Source: Felis catus | Lineage: Eukaryota | Direction: 5' to 3' | Assembly (NCBI RefSeq): GCF_018350175.1 | Contig: NC_058368.1 | Coordinates: 46,440,001-46,504,000, forward strand | Length of the DNA: 64,000 nt | Shown here: positions 24,895 through 37,345 of the stretch, one piece after another | Layout of the letters: each line of letters opens with the position of its first letter | How positions within the stretch are numbered: the stretch's first letter is position 1 | Notes under the pieces: model-generated | Database searches by the model: none | What the model saw: only the letters and a program-made list of their open reading frames with translations | Told to the model about the DNA's origin: nothing | Program-made: the position numbers and the translations under genes

Positions 24895-25240
24895 ACAATT
24901 AAGCTGTTGTCTTACACATCATTTCAAAGTTGTTTCAAGTGGTAACATGGACTGTAAATAAATTTGTTTCAAGGACGGTTGCTTTTGCAGTTAGATGTAA
25001 TAGACTTCCATCACTAATTAGATTACATGCTGAATTCATTTTCCTCATTGAAGATCAGCCACTCTTGATGCATAATTCATAGCCTGCACCTCGTTACCTG
25101 CTTCTTCATATTAATATCTATACACAGTTTGAATTGCCTCGTTTGCATATGCTAAAGTTCTGCATGCAGCCTTCAGCACGAAAATTATGCACTAACTTGT
25201 AATAATTATTACAGTCAGCCTGCTATTGATTTATGAGACT
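24895..25240. promoter_or_regulatory. Candidate highly conserved intronic element or enhancer next to exon 2
   Basis: Repeat-free and dense in motifs: CTAATTAG, ATGCATAAT, TTTGCATATGC, TGATTTATG and several palindromes. DACH1 introns are known to hold ultraconserved elements and enhancers. Conservation itself cannot be seen from one sequence. Confidence 0.6.
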
Positions 25241-26059
25241 TTTAAAAACCAAATATGTGTAGTACTTGTAATGAATGATATTTTAAGGTTCTTCAGGAAA
25301 TTAAAAGGCAATGGCTGCCTAAGGAAATGTTCTGCTTGTTTGATTTAATACTACAGTTAGCTGGGAGGTGGAATGAAAGAGTGATTCAGACCTATAGCAC
25401 ATTTTTCGATGATATGTTTTATTACTTCGCACTGCTAGCCTGATATCTAGATGATAAATGACAATACATATCTAATGTGTGAAAAGGTCTTGCAATTTCT
25501 TTATTTTTTGTCATTTAAAAGATAAGTCAAGTTATCATTTAACCCTATTCTATTTAAATGAACAGCCCCACTAGGTTGCTTTACTTTTAATACGCTAAAA
25601 CAAATTGGAAAGGCTTAGAATTATTTGCAGGACATTGTTGAGAAACTGCCAGTATAGCATCTTATCCCTGCCTTCAGGATAAATAAAAATACTTTGTGTT
25701 TGTGTTTTAGTGGTACTTGTCCTTAACATGCTTATTGCATGAGATTAACTTTTAAAATTATAAAAGCAGAAGGTGAAAAGGAGACAAGGGTTTGCCATTT
25801 TTGCATGAGAATAACATGAAGAATATAATATTAGCAATTCTTGAAACAAACACACTTAGCATTATGTTTCTCCTTTCTGCCTCTGTATCATGAATGTGCT
25901 TTTATGAAAAACGCTTTTCCATCGTCTGGTCAATATGTGCTAACATCTCAGAACCTCCAGACAGGTCCTTCATAAGTTAGCATTTCCATGTTAGCCTCCA
26001 CTGAGATCTTTTTTCTCATCAGAAGATTCAAAGATTTTACCTTTATTATTTAGTGTAAA

Positions 26060-27470
26060 TAATATATGTGATCATTGATCAAATAATTATTAAGCACTTG
26101 CTGTTTTCAAGTGGAGATTAATTTGGAGGAATGGGTTCTTCAGTCTGTGGGAGTTTACACTCTTGCTAAGGGGGACAATCGGGTGCATGAATAACTATGG
26201 TGCACACCAGAATGTGCTAAGTGTCATAAGAAAGTTGCAATCTGAATACTAATTAGAAGTTAGGCAGAATGATGATACTTCTGTGCTTAGGGAAAGGAGT
26301 TAAGATTCCATGGCAGTAGAAGCATTAGAGAATTCCAAAGGATGAGTTAGGCATGGAGAGGAAAAGAATGGAAGAAACATGCACTCCAGTGAGAAGATGA
26401 GAGAGAAATGTACACATAACAACGTATGAATGTGCAGGATTGTTTCTAGTCAGCCAAAACAGCTCAAGTAAGATGAGGAGCAAAGATGGAAAATGCTAGA
26501 TTTACTGCCTGGGGCCAGATCCTGAAAGGCTTGGAACCAAAAGCAAGGAGATAGATTGTGAGTTTGTTCTGCTATTCTATAAGGAAACTCTCCCTTGTAT
26601 GGTTCTAAGTATCTGTTTGGCTACTTCTTCTTCATTATTATTCTTCATCTTCAGCTGTTTCTTTAACTCTTATTATTTGCCTAGGGTTAATCAACAGCCC
26701 TCTGATAGTCTCCATTCTTCCTGAGCAATCCTTCCATTGACATCCCTGAGATGATAAGGAACCATGGCTAGATATATATCTACAGCTTAGGTCTTCCTCC
26801 TGGGATTCAGGCAGATTAATGCCTGTCTACTGGAAATCTCTGCTTAGATGTTCTTTAATAATCTAAGACTCAGCTTGTCCGAATCTGAACTCAGCATCTT
26901 CCCCATTAAAACCTATTTCTCTTTCCCTAGTTCAGCAAAATGGCACCTAACTGATGAAGCCAAAAATCCAAGATCAGCTGTGTCTTTTCCTCCCCTTGTA
27001 CACTCAAATATCATCTCAGTGAAGATCCAGTCTCCTTTCTGCATCCTCACTCTAACCTTCCAGGTCAATCCATCATTTCTTATTTGATCTACTATTACAG
27101 CCTTCTGAACGCTTCCAAGATCTACCTCCAACTTTGTTCCACTGTAAAGTCTAAAGTCAAGACAACTCTCCATACTGATCTCAGAAGGATTTTTATAAAA
27201 TGCAAATTTGATCACGTTTTCCATTGCTTACAGATACTAGTAGTTCCCTATAAGATTCACACTCCTTATCATGGCACCAAAGCCTTCCGATGCTAGGTCC
27301 CTGCCTACTTTTCCAATCTCACCATTTTATTCTTACATTTGCGGCCCTCCTGAATGAAGACTGTCACAGTCGCTTTGGTCTCCTATCACACTAGAATTAG
27401 AGATGCCTTTTCTATACCAACTCCTCCTCAACCCCATTTCACCTGGCTAAACTTGGCTAAATGTTAATCA
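26060..27470. mobile_element. Degraded L2 fragments, probably in both orientations
   Basis: L2-like motifs (tgcctgtctactggaaatctc, ctgaactcagcatcttcc, aaaatgcaaatttgatca). Confidence 0.55.
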
Positions 27471-27487
27471 TCCTTCTTACTAATCAC

Positions 27488-27654
27488 TTTTTAAATATTT
27501 TTAATGTTTATTTATTTTTGAGGGGGGGGGGTGACAGAGAATCTGAAGCGGGCTCCACACTCTCAGCACAGAGCCCAATAGGGCCTCGAACTCAGGAACC
27601 ATGAGATCATGATGTGAATAGGACGCTCAAACAACTGATTCGCCCCAGGCGCCC
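27488..27654 (-). mobile_element. Can-SINE
   Basis: Reverse-oriented; ends ccccaggcgccc. Confidence 0.9.
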
Positions 27655-27803
27655 TTACTAACCTCTTCTAATCAGTATGTGCTTTCTATGCACTATGACA
27701 GCCCATGGTGAAAACTCTATTATAGCTCTTTCTGCACTGATCGTAGTATCTGCTCATTTGTTTCACTGTCTGGACTACATGGCAGAAAGTGTATAAAATA
27801 CAT

Positions 27804-28005
27804 AGGCACCTGAGTGACACAAGTCGCTTAAGCATCCAATTCTTGATTTCGACTCAGGTCATGATCTCAACATTGTAAGACTGAGCCCTGTGTCAGGCTT
27901 CATGCTGAGCATGGAGCCTGCTTGAGATTCTCTCTCTCTCTGCCTCTGCCCCTATGCCCTGCAGTGTGTGTGTCGGCATGGGGGGGGGGGGGGGAGTGGG
28001 ATGGG
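27804..28005 (+). mobile_element. Can-SINE with an atypical G-rich 3' end
   Basis: TSD aagtgtataaaata(c/t)at at 27787-27803 and 28006-28022. Confidence 0.88.
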
Positions 28006-28028
28006 AAGTGTATAAAATATATCTTTGT

Positions 28029-28202
28029 GGGGGCACTTGGGTGGCTGAGTCAGTTAAGCATCTGACTTCGGCTCAGGTCATGATCTCACGGTTCATGAGT
28101 TTGAGCCCCGTGTTGGACTCTACACTGACAGCTTGGAGCCTGGAGCCTGCTTTGGATTTTGTGTCTCCTTCTCTCTCTGCCCATCCCCTGCTTGTGTTCT
28201 CA

Positions 28203-28242
<40 letters not shown>

Positions 28243-28275
28243 AAAATAAATAAACATTAAAAAAAAAAAAAGCTA
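28029..28275 (+). mobile_element. Can-SINE
   Basis: Typical; atatctttgt repeated on both flanks. Confidence 0.95.
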
Positions 28276-30813
28276 AAAAAATATCTTTGTGTCCTTAGAA
28301 CTTAACTCAGTGCCTGGATTACTATATATATTTATTTTCTTTCATCCCCCCCCCCCACTGCGTATATTTAAATACATTTTAACCCAATTTAGGAAGTCCT
28401 TTCCCCAAAATTCCTCAAGTATCCTACTTCATCCATTCCAGTGGTCTCAAGGTTTCCAAGAAATGAAAAGTAAGGCACAAAATAATTTGGAATCTAAGTC
28501 TAAGGATAACCTAACTATACATCAGAAGTCCAGAGAAAGAGCACAGAGATATCGAAAGATTTCAAGCAAGATGCCATGGAGAAAGTGGGAAAGGAAAAAG
28601 AAACTAACATTCAAGGTTTTAGCCCTTTAATTTGTTTTGCTTTCAAAGAAAATGCAACTGTTTAAGAGTACTTTATTATTCAGGCCACAGGAGCTGTCCT
28701 CACTGCCCTCACTCTGGAAGTAGAAGTCAGGCTACTAAGTAGGAACACTTTAGTTCATGCTGTGATTAGAATAGACCCAGTGGGCTCCTTTCACCCCAGA
28801 TATCTCCTGCCCAATCTATCACCCTGCCTCCAATTCCACCAATAGAGATTTACTGCTTTCAGTCTTGAAGGTTTAAGATCTTTTAAAGCCTCCCATTAAA
28901 ATGCAAATACCCCTGGTGGTGATAACACCCTAAAGCCATCAACTAACACCCTACTGAGGATTAGTTTACAATTAGAAGAAAACACAGTTTTGAGATATTT
29001 ACCCAAAGAATGGAGGGGACTGGAAGGAAAAATTTGGAAGGATAGTCAAGTCACTTATCCTTTTGCCTAAGATAAGACCACTAGAACCTATCCTTGGAGT
29101 TATACACAACTTCCTGGCAGAGGGGAAGTTAGAAGGTTGATTTATTGACAAGACTTTCTTCCATCCCTTTAAGACCTACAGTTCTGTTGAGTCCCCTTAT
29201 TGATGGGCTTGGCATTTTACCTTTACTGCAGTCTTAGTCACTAACTGCCAAAGGTTTGTCTCTAGGGAAGATAACCTAATTGTAAAATACTTGAATATTT
29301 AAATTACTTTCAACAGAGCTTTAGGGAAATTCCAGGAGAACCCATGTAGTAGTTGTCTTGATAACTCTATCTTTAAAGACTGGCTCTACCAATTTTTTAG
29401 AAGGTGTGGCCCTGATCAAGCCACAAGTTAGGATTAACTGCTCAGAACATCTGATTAAATCATGATCTTTTTTTAAGTGGAACTGTTTACTTTGTAAGAA
29501 ATAAGTTATTCTTGGAAAGAAAAATAAAAACTTAACTGAAAAGAGGAAGTGAAATAATTAGCAAAAGCATTTCCTTTTGGAATGATCAATGGCCTCAGTA
29601 GTAGCCACCTTTAAGCCTCCTTATCTATAACAGTAACCCAGCTCTACCCCCAGAGAATTAGAACAGCTGAACTTTCCTAGTTCTAATCAAAGCAGAAGAC
29701 CTCACTTAAATAAATTATTACCCTTAACAGCTTGAATGAAATCAAATTTATGACTTTGGTAATTGTTTTTGCCAGCTTTACATATGAGCCATAGTGTAGC
29801 CTTTAGTATTTGCAACAGTCTGCATTAAAAGAGGAGTGCGATGGCTTAGAGGTGTCCAAATCCACACTTAATATCTCACTTACTTAGGAATCCACCCAGG
29901 CAGGCTCTTTCCTGCAGTTCTGAATAAAAAAGCTTTCTTTTCCAGACAGATTACTGAGTTGATGTCTCTCCTTAGTTTATACCATTAAGTCAGTCTCGTG
30001 CTAATTTCTATTTCCCTCCCACAACTGTATAATGTTTACCAACTTTTCCTAGTCCCTTGTGGTACTTATTCAGGGTGAAGTCAAAATCCAACTTAACAAA
30101 AGCAAAACAAAACAAAACAAAACAAAAGTAATCTGAATTAATAAGAAGCTAGGTGCATCCAAAGAGTGGTGACATTTAAAATGTTAGAGGGTACATCACA
30201 GATTTTTTCAATCCCCAGTCTTCTCCATAGACATCATCTTCTGCTAATCTTTTCAGTAGTTTTTGGGAAATTAAGTTCAATTTTCTTCCTGAGAGTTGGA
30301 GCAGAGAAACATGTAAAATCCAGAAAGAGATTGTGACAGTTATGATTTAGGAAATGCGAAAGTAGCTATGTAGCAGAAATTTTGTTTCCAAATCCTACCT
30401 GCTTAAAGAAGGGTTCCATTTAAACATTCAATTCATTCACCCATATCTGAGAGAAGGGAGATACTGAACAGCAAGCTAGACACAGGGTTGCAAGAATAAA
30501 GATTTACTCCCTTCTCTAAGGAGGAAAACAAAACTAAATAACCTGTGAAATAATAGAGCAGAAGAAAAATACATGGCAGCAAGTGAGCACTGATTTTAGT
30601 CTTGGGCTACAAGGGAGCATTTAGGGGGTGAAAGCAGCTTGCTCTATGAATCTACAAGAGTTCATTTGCCTCCTCCAGTCTACTTGCCCCAGGAAAACTC
30701 CAATTGTGTTTTTATTTTGCATAATTTTTTCTAGTAAACTACTTCTACAAAGCCAAGCCAAAAAAAGGAGAAATATGACCAAATACATAGTCAAATTTAA
30801 CACGCAGAAGCGT

Positions 30814-30840
30814 ACACACACACACACACACACACACACA
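30814..30840. repeat. (CA)n microsatellite
   Basis: Direct observation. Confidence 0.95.
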
Positions 30841-31221
30841 TATTTTTATTTCTTTCTACTTGGAAAGGTACAATTTCCTTAATGATTTGTGTATCCACTT
30901 GAACATTTTGAGGTCATGGAGAGGGATATTTATGAAGAGATTATGAGAAGATGCTTATGTTCTAAGTAAAGTGAAAAAGCAAAATAAAACCTGCAGATAT
31001 GGACATAACAGAGCACAAGGCAGACAGCAAAACTAAGTAAAACAGGCAACGAATACACATAGAAAAAAGACTGAAAGGAAACAGACTAAAATATTAGAAG
31101 GGGTAATCATTGGATGGAGAAATACATATTTTTCTATATCTGAATATTTTAGATTATCTCTCAAAAGCATATCTTAATTTAAAATATAAAAAGAAACAAC
31201 ATTAATTTGTTTAACACTTTA

Positions 31222-31447
31222 AAGAATTTTTTAATGTTTATGTATTTTTGAGACAGAGAGGGAGAGAGAGACAGAGCATGGTGGGGGGAGGGTGGTCACA
31301 GAGAAAGGAAGACACAGAATCTGAAGCAGGTTCCAGGCTCTGAGCTGTCAGCACAGGGCCCGATGTGGGGCTTGAACTCATGAACTGAGAGATCTATGAC
31401 CTGAGCCAAAGTCATGTGCTTAACTGACTGAGACACCCAGGTGCCCC
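31222..31447 (-). mobile_element. Can-SINE with 15-bp TSD
   Basis: TSD ttgtttaacacttta. Confidence 0.95.
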
Positions 31448-32321
31448 AAATTGTTTAACACTTTAATGACTGACCATATTTTTTTAGATAATTCATTGTG
31501 GACAAACGCTGATCCTGGCTAAACATGATCAGTGCCTTAGATTAACTTCTATATATTGTAGGAACTAAATCGAATTTATCCTTTTAATCTTTATTCTATA
31601 CTTCAGTTTTAAAATACCTAATAAAAAGTAATTAGATGTAAAATATTACCCTTCTGAGAACTATAAAATTAATCTAAAATACGAAAAGTACAAATAATCA
31701 TTGATATCTTCCAGATTAAATCAACCCCATAAAATAGATCTACATAAAAAATCGACATAATAAATCGACATAAAAAAATACAAAGGACCTCTTAAGATTA
31801 ATGCATGTATATATTTCACTAAAAGAAGTAGCTGACTTATAATCTTCAGTTTGTAAGTGGGTACATTTTCCCTTAGAAAGATCTTGTTAACTTGCTAGTT
31901 GAATTTTTTCAACTTTCTGAAAGACAAGAATATAAATAATCCAGAAAGAGTATGATTACCATATTTTCCCTCTGCAAGGAGTTTTTTTTTTCTTTTGATA
32001 TTAAAACTTTGAGGAATACATTACTTTTTTTTTTTTTTGCAATGATGACAAATGTGAGCACTTTCTCAATCTCCTATGTCTCATTTGTGTGGACTTTCTG
32101 TGTTCTCTGTATAGCTGTGCGTCCCAGCCATGTGTATTTCTCAGTACGAATAGATTGCAAACTGACTCATAAAAGAAATGACTTTCCACAGTCACCAAAA
32201 CACTGACTTCCGTGGGGCAAGCGCTTAAAATATCACCAGCTGACACTTGGAGAGCACCCTCAGATTACTGCTTATGACCACAAAGCTCCCAAAAGTCCCT
32301 CAACTCTTTATAGGGCAGGAA

Positions 32322-32688
32322 TTATAGACTGAATTGTGTCCCCCCCCCCAGATTCATATGTTGAGGCCCCAACCCCAATGTGATGGTATTTAAAGACAGG
32401 GCCTCTGAGAGGTAATTAGGCTTAGATGAAGACATATCAGTGAGGACCTCATGAGGAGATCAGTGCCCTTACAATTAGAGACACCAGAAAGCTTGTTCGC
32501 TCTCTCAGCTGTGTGAGGACACAGTGAGAAGTCCATTTACAACGGAAGAGAGCCATCACCAAAAACTGACTAGGCTGGTACTCTCCTCTTAGACTTCCAG
32601 CCTCCACTACTATGAGAAAATGATTTTCTGTTGTGCACGTCACCCGGTCTGTGGCACTTTGCTATGGCAACCTGAGCAAGACTAGGAC
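32322..32688 (+). mobile_element. MaLR solo LTR (MLT1A-like)
   Basis: tagactgaattgtgtcccc...attcatatgttga...gacttccagcctcca...ctatggca...gactaggaca. Confidence 0.85.
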
Positions 32689-32769
32689 AACAGGAAATTC
32701 TGTATGTAACTGAACAAATATATATTCAAACACAAAATAAAACTTCCTTTCAAAAAGAATTAAAAATAA

Positions 32770-32967
32770 GTTTTTTTAGTGTCTCCGTACTTTTGAGAGA
32801 GAGCACGTGAGTGGGAAAGGGGCAGAAAGAGAGAGGGAGATACAGAATTTGAGGCAGATTCCGAGCTGTCAGCGCAGAGTCCAACTTGGGGCTCAAACGC
32901 ATAAACGGTGAGATCATAATCTGAGCTGAAGTTGGATGCTTAACGGACTGAGCCACCCAGGAATCCC
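32770..32967 (-). mobile_element. Can-SINE
   Basis: Reverse-oriented; ends gagccacccaggaatccc. Confidence 0.92.
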
Positions 32968-33004
32968 TGGAGAATAATTTTTTTTTAAAAAAAGATCTGT
33001 GCTT

Positions 33005-33168
33005 GGGGTGCCAGGGTCCTCAGTTGGTTAAGCATCCAACTACGGTCAGGTCATGATCTCACGGCTCATGAATTTAAGCCCTGCGTCGGGCTCTGTGCCG
33101 ACAGCTCAGAGCTGGAAGCCTGCTATAGATTCTGTGTTCCCTCTCTCTCTGCCCCTCCCCTGCTCACA

Positions 33169-33201
<33 letters not shown>

Positions 33202-33228
33202 AAAAATAAACATTAAACTTTTTTTTTG
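33005..33228 (+). mobile_element. Can-SINE
   Basis: Typical architecture. Confidence 0.93.
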
Positions 33229-33293
33229 AAAAAGGATCTGACTCAAATTAATTGGGGAAATGCCCAGTTAATCCTATTGACATATACAGTTTC

Positions 33294-33409
33294 AATATAG
33301 GAAGAACTTCACACATCCTCAAAGTTTTTAATATTTTTGTTTTGTGGGACAAATATAGGAAGAACTTCACAAATCCTCCAAGTTTTTAATATTTTTGTTT
33401 TGTGGGACA
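33294..33409. repeat. Tandem duplication, 2 x 58 bp
   Basis: aatataggaagaacttcac...ttttgtgggaca twice, with 2 mismatches. Confidence 0.96.
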
Positions 33410-34148
33410 GCTTCTCAAACCTTTCACTATGCTAATATGTATTACAAATCTCTACCAGTGTGGTAAAATAGGCATTCATGAAACTTAGTTTACCATGAAA
33501 TCTGTTATTTCCAGTGAGTTTCTTTCGAGACTTGTGATCTAATGGACTATGTTCTTCCTAACAGTCTGCTTGTATTTAAATTATGAAAATGCCTCATGTC
33601 TCAACATTGCCAAGCCAGGTTGTGTCACAGGTCACATGACAGTTGTCACAAGTGAATTATTTCCTAGGGACAAGAAACATGGCAATTCTCATATTGAATA
33701 CACTTGAGGTAAGACTTGATAATTACTCAAAACACAAGGTTAACATTAATAAATTGAAATCATCACTAACAAAAAATAAATAGGAGTTGGAATTAGCTAC
33801 TCTGGTGCCTCTGATTTCAAAACCCACACTATCTAGACCTGAAATCGTACCGAAAATGTATTCAACACAAAACCTGTTTCACAGGTCATGGACAAAATAT
33901 CTGAGTCTCCAGTTGAGATAGAACTTTCAAATACTGAATAGGAAACTATCCCTGAAACAGTTATATAGGAATAGGACTAAGCTACTCCTGAGCATTTGTA
34001 TATTAAGAGTTAAGAACTAATGACAGCCCAAAATACTAAAAACAGTCCCTGTTGGACAGATTACACCTGCGATAATCTAGTTCAAGTTCATAAGTCCCTC
34101 TCCCCCTTTTTACAATCTATACATAAGAGCCACATTAAAAAGATTCTT

Positions 34149-34350
34149 GGTCACCTGGATGGCTCACCCAGTTAAGCGACTGACTTCAGCTCAGGTCAGG
34201 ATCTCACAATTAGTGAGTTTGAGTCCTGCTCTGGGTTCTGTGTTGACTGTGCAGAGCCTGCTTCGGATCCTCTGTCTCCCTCTCTCTGCTTCTCCCTAGC
34301 TTGTACTCTCTCTCTCTCAAAAATAAATAAACATTAAACAAAAAGTTTTT
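34149..34350 (+). mobile_element. Can-SINE
   Basis: Typical architecture. Confidence 0.92.
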
Positions 34351-34595
34351 AAGTATTCTTTAAAATTCATGGAATATATTTAGTTATATTAATTTCAGAA
34401 TTAAAATAATAATCTTAGTTTAGATTCCTTAATTTAGAGAATATATTTTTAAGATTAACTTTTATCAAAGAAGGGGTCTTAATATTACATGGATTATTTA
34501 CTTACATCAATGTTAATGACACCTAATAAAGTATATCTAATATATTCATATTTTATTGATATTTTGTGGATTAAAAAGTAGGTTAATGTAACTTA

Positions 34596-34819
34596 AAATT
34601 TTTTAATGTTTATTTATTTGGAGAGAGAGAGAGAGAGAGAGAGAGTGAGCATCACCAGGGGAGGGACAGAAGAGAGGGAGAAACAGAATCTTAAGCAGGC
34701 TCCAAGCTGTCAGTGTAGAGCCCCATGCTGGACTCGACCTCATGAACTGTGAGATCATGAACTGAGCCAAAATCAAGAGTCAACTGCTTAACCGACTGAG
34801 CCACCCAGGCAGGCATCCC
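34596..34819 (-). mobile_element. Can-SINE
   Basis: TSD tgtaactta. Confidence 0.93.
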
Positions 34820-34857
34820 TGTAACTTAGAGTTTCAATTTAAAAATATAAATGTTTA

Positions 34858-35040
34858 GGGGTACCTGGCAGGCTCAGTTGTTAAGCGTCAGACTCTTGAT
34901 TTTGGTTCAGGTCATGGTCTCATGCTTTGTGAGAACAAGCCCCACGTGAGGCTCTGTGCTGACAGTGTAGAGTCTGCTTAAGATTCTCTCTCTCCCTCTC
35001 TCCTTGTCCCTCCCCCGCTTATGTTCTCTAAATGAATGAA

Positions 35041-35079
<39 letters not shown>

Positions 35080-35097
35080 ACAAACATTTTTTTAAAA
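34858..35097 (+). mobile_element. Can-SINE with (TAAA)n tail
   Basis: TSD ataaatgttta. Confidence 0.93.
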
Positions 35098-36097
35098 ATA
35101 AATGTTTAATACTATTTACTTTTACCTTTCCATAGCATATATTGTACATCCACATATATGATATTTCTCCTAGTGAGGACATTGTTCATAAATGTCATTT
35201 AGCAACATGTTTGTCTAGAGAGCTAAATATTTTTAAACTTTTAACCACCTTATAATTTTCTCCTCTTCTCATAATTATGCCTTCCAAGCCACAGATGAGT
35301 CTAGCACAAAATATCGTTTTTACAATTTTCAGCAAAGACTAAATCCCTTAAACGACAAATCCTGAAATAATTAGAAACAATAGTAAATGGCTTTCTTAAG
35401 GTTTTTGAGAAGATTTAATACTTTATTGGCTTCTTTCTCACAGTTCCTGTCATACCTCAAAACCGTATTCTACAAAATTTAAATTTAATATTAAAGGATA
35501 TTCCAGTTAAAATATGCACTATCTAAACTAATCTTTTACACCAACTATGGGCTCCATGGTCACAAAGAAGAAGTTTTATTTCTTAAAATTTTTCAATTTG
35601 AAATTCAGATGACTAGATCTTCTTTGCAATTACTGTTGGCTATATTTTGTTTGAATCATTAGCAATGTATTCAGTCTTCTATTTCACTGGCACATACCAT
35701 GACCTGTTCATAAATGTGCAGTGGCTCTAGTTGGCTGTGTTTATAGATCATCTTGAATCTGTTCCCAAAATACAGCCACTGCTCCAATCTCAAAATAATA
35801 CCCAACTCTTCTCTGTAGGAGGTGGCATTTCCAACCCTCTGAGTGCCCTCTTCCCAAATGTTTTTAATTTATTTGGGGATAGTGCATAAAATAATAAAAT
35901 AATCACAGCTGTATTATACTATCAAACCGTAGGCACTGGGCTAAGTTCACTATGTGATCTAACTTTTAATATTCGTAACAAACTTTTAAGATATGTATTA
36001 TTATTATCATCCTTATTTTACTGATGAGAAAATTGAGACACAGGGAAGTAAAATGCCATACTCAATATCCCGCACATAAAAAGTAATAGAGTGGGCT

Positions 36098-36378
36098 TGG
36101 AAAAGGAGGGAGGATAAACAGGCAAAGCATAGAGGTTTCTTAGGGCAGTGAAAATACTATACATGATACAATACCAAGAATTGACCCTGATGCAAACTAC
36201 AGATTTGAATTATAATGATGTGTCAATGTCGGTTAACTGTGATGAATGTGCCTCTCTGGTGGAGATGTTGGCAATGGAGGAGGCTGTGAATGTGTGAAGG
36301 CAGAGGCTATGTGGAAATCTGCACCTTCTGCTCAATTTTGTTGTGAACCAAAACTTCTCTAAAAAAATAAGTCTTAAA
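36098..36378 (+). mobile_element. Old L1 (L1MB-like) 3' end nested in a MIR
   Basis: tagggcagtgaaaatact...atgatgtgtcaatgt...ggaaatctgcaccttctgctcaattttg; MIR-like sequence on both sides (about 35905-36095 and 36380-36440). Confidence 0.75.
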
Positions 36379-37256
36379 AAGTTATAGAGCCAGGTTGTGA
36401 ACCAAGACAATCTGGTCCAGAGGCCAACCCCTGAGCACCATGCAGTCTGCTTCGGTAGCGTATCTGTTTGTTCATTTAGTCAACAAACATTAAATGTTAA
36501 TGTTCATGACCTTATATTGTGCTTTGGAAATACCAGTGAGATACTGTACCCGAGTTCAAGTAGCTGAGTCTATTTTAGGAAATAGATAGATGTATAAAGA
36601 AATGCAATAAATCATGTTAAATACTGCAGTAAAAGTTCCAAGTAAATGTTGTAGGAACATCATAGTGGGGGTACCTCCAGAAAGAAGAGATATCAGCAAA
36701 CAGGAGTTAGTCAGCTTAAGTAGAGGAGAGGGATGGAGTATGGGAACATCCACAGAAGCACACCCCTCCTTTGCACACACACAAACACACACTTCTGTAA
36801 TGAAATCCTGAATTACTCAAATTCATGCTCCTCTTTTCTTCCTTAAAATGGCAAGTATCACACAGTCTAGCACATAATCTTTTTCAAATAGCTTCATAGG
36901 TCATAACTCATCTCTCCATATTGTCTCCATACTTCTGACCTTGGCAAATATGCTAGACATACCAGTAGGTACTGATTTTTGGTCAAATTTTTTGGGACAT
37001 TATGATTCCTTCATCTACTTTAAATGTATCTTTGCTGTAAATGTTTTATTTTAGGGCAATTCAAAAACAAGTTGGTGTTACATAATCAATTGTGTAGATG
37101 AAATCTGACTCTAACCAGTAATTAACCCATCTCCTTTTCACTCTTCTACTCTGACAGGGGTTTGTATCCATGACAAGGAAACTCATTAATGACTCAACTG
37201 AGTTTTATCATTTTTCTATAATTTTTATCTCAATCTTAATCATGGTAGCTACTATA

Positions 37257-37345
37257 TTTTTTTAAGTAAACAGTGGGCCCAATGTGGGGCTCAAACTCAT
37301 GACCCTAAGATCAAGAGTTGCATGCTCTAATGACTGACCCAGCCG
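37257..37345 (-). mobile_element. Short Can-SINE (tRNA-head type)
   Basis: gtggggctcaaactcatgaccctaagatcaagagt. Confidence 0.8.

Noticed and set aside
24736..24945. 69-aa + strand ORF over the exon
   Set aside because: It is the antisense shadow of the DACH1 exon.
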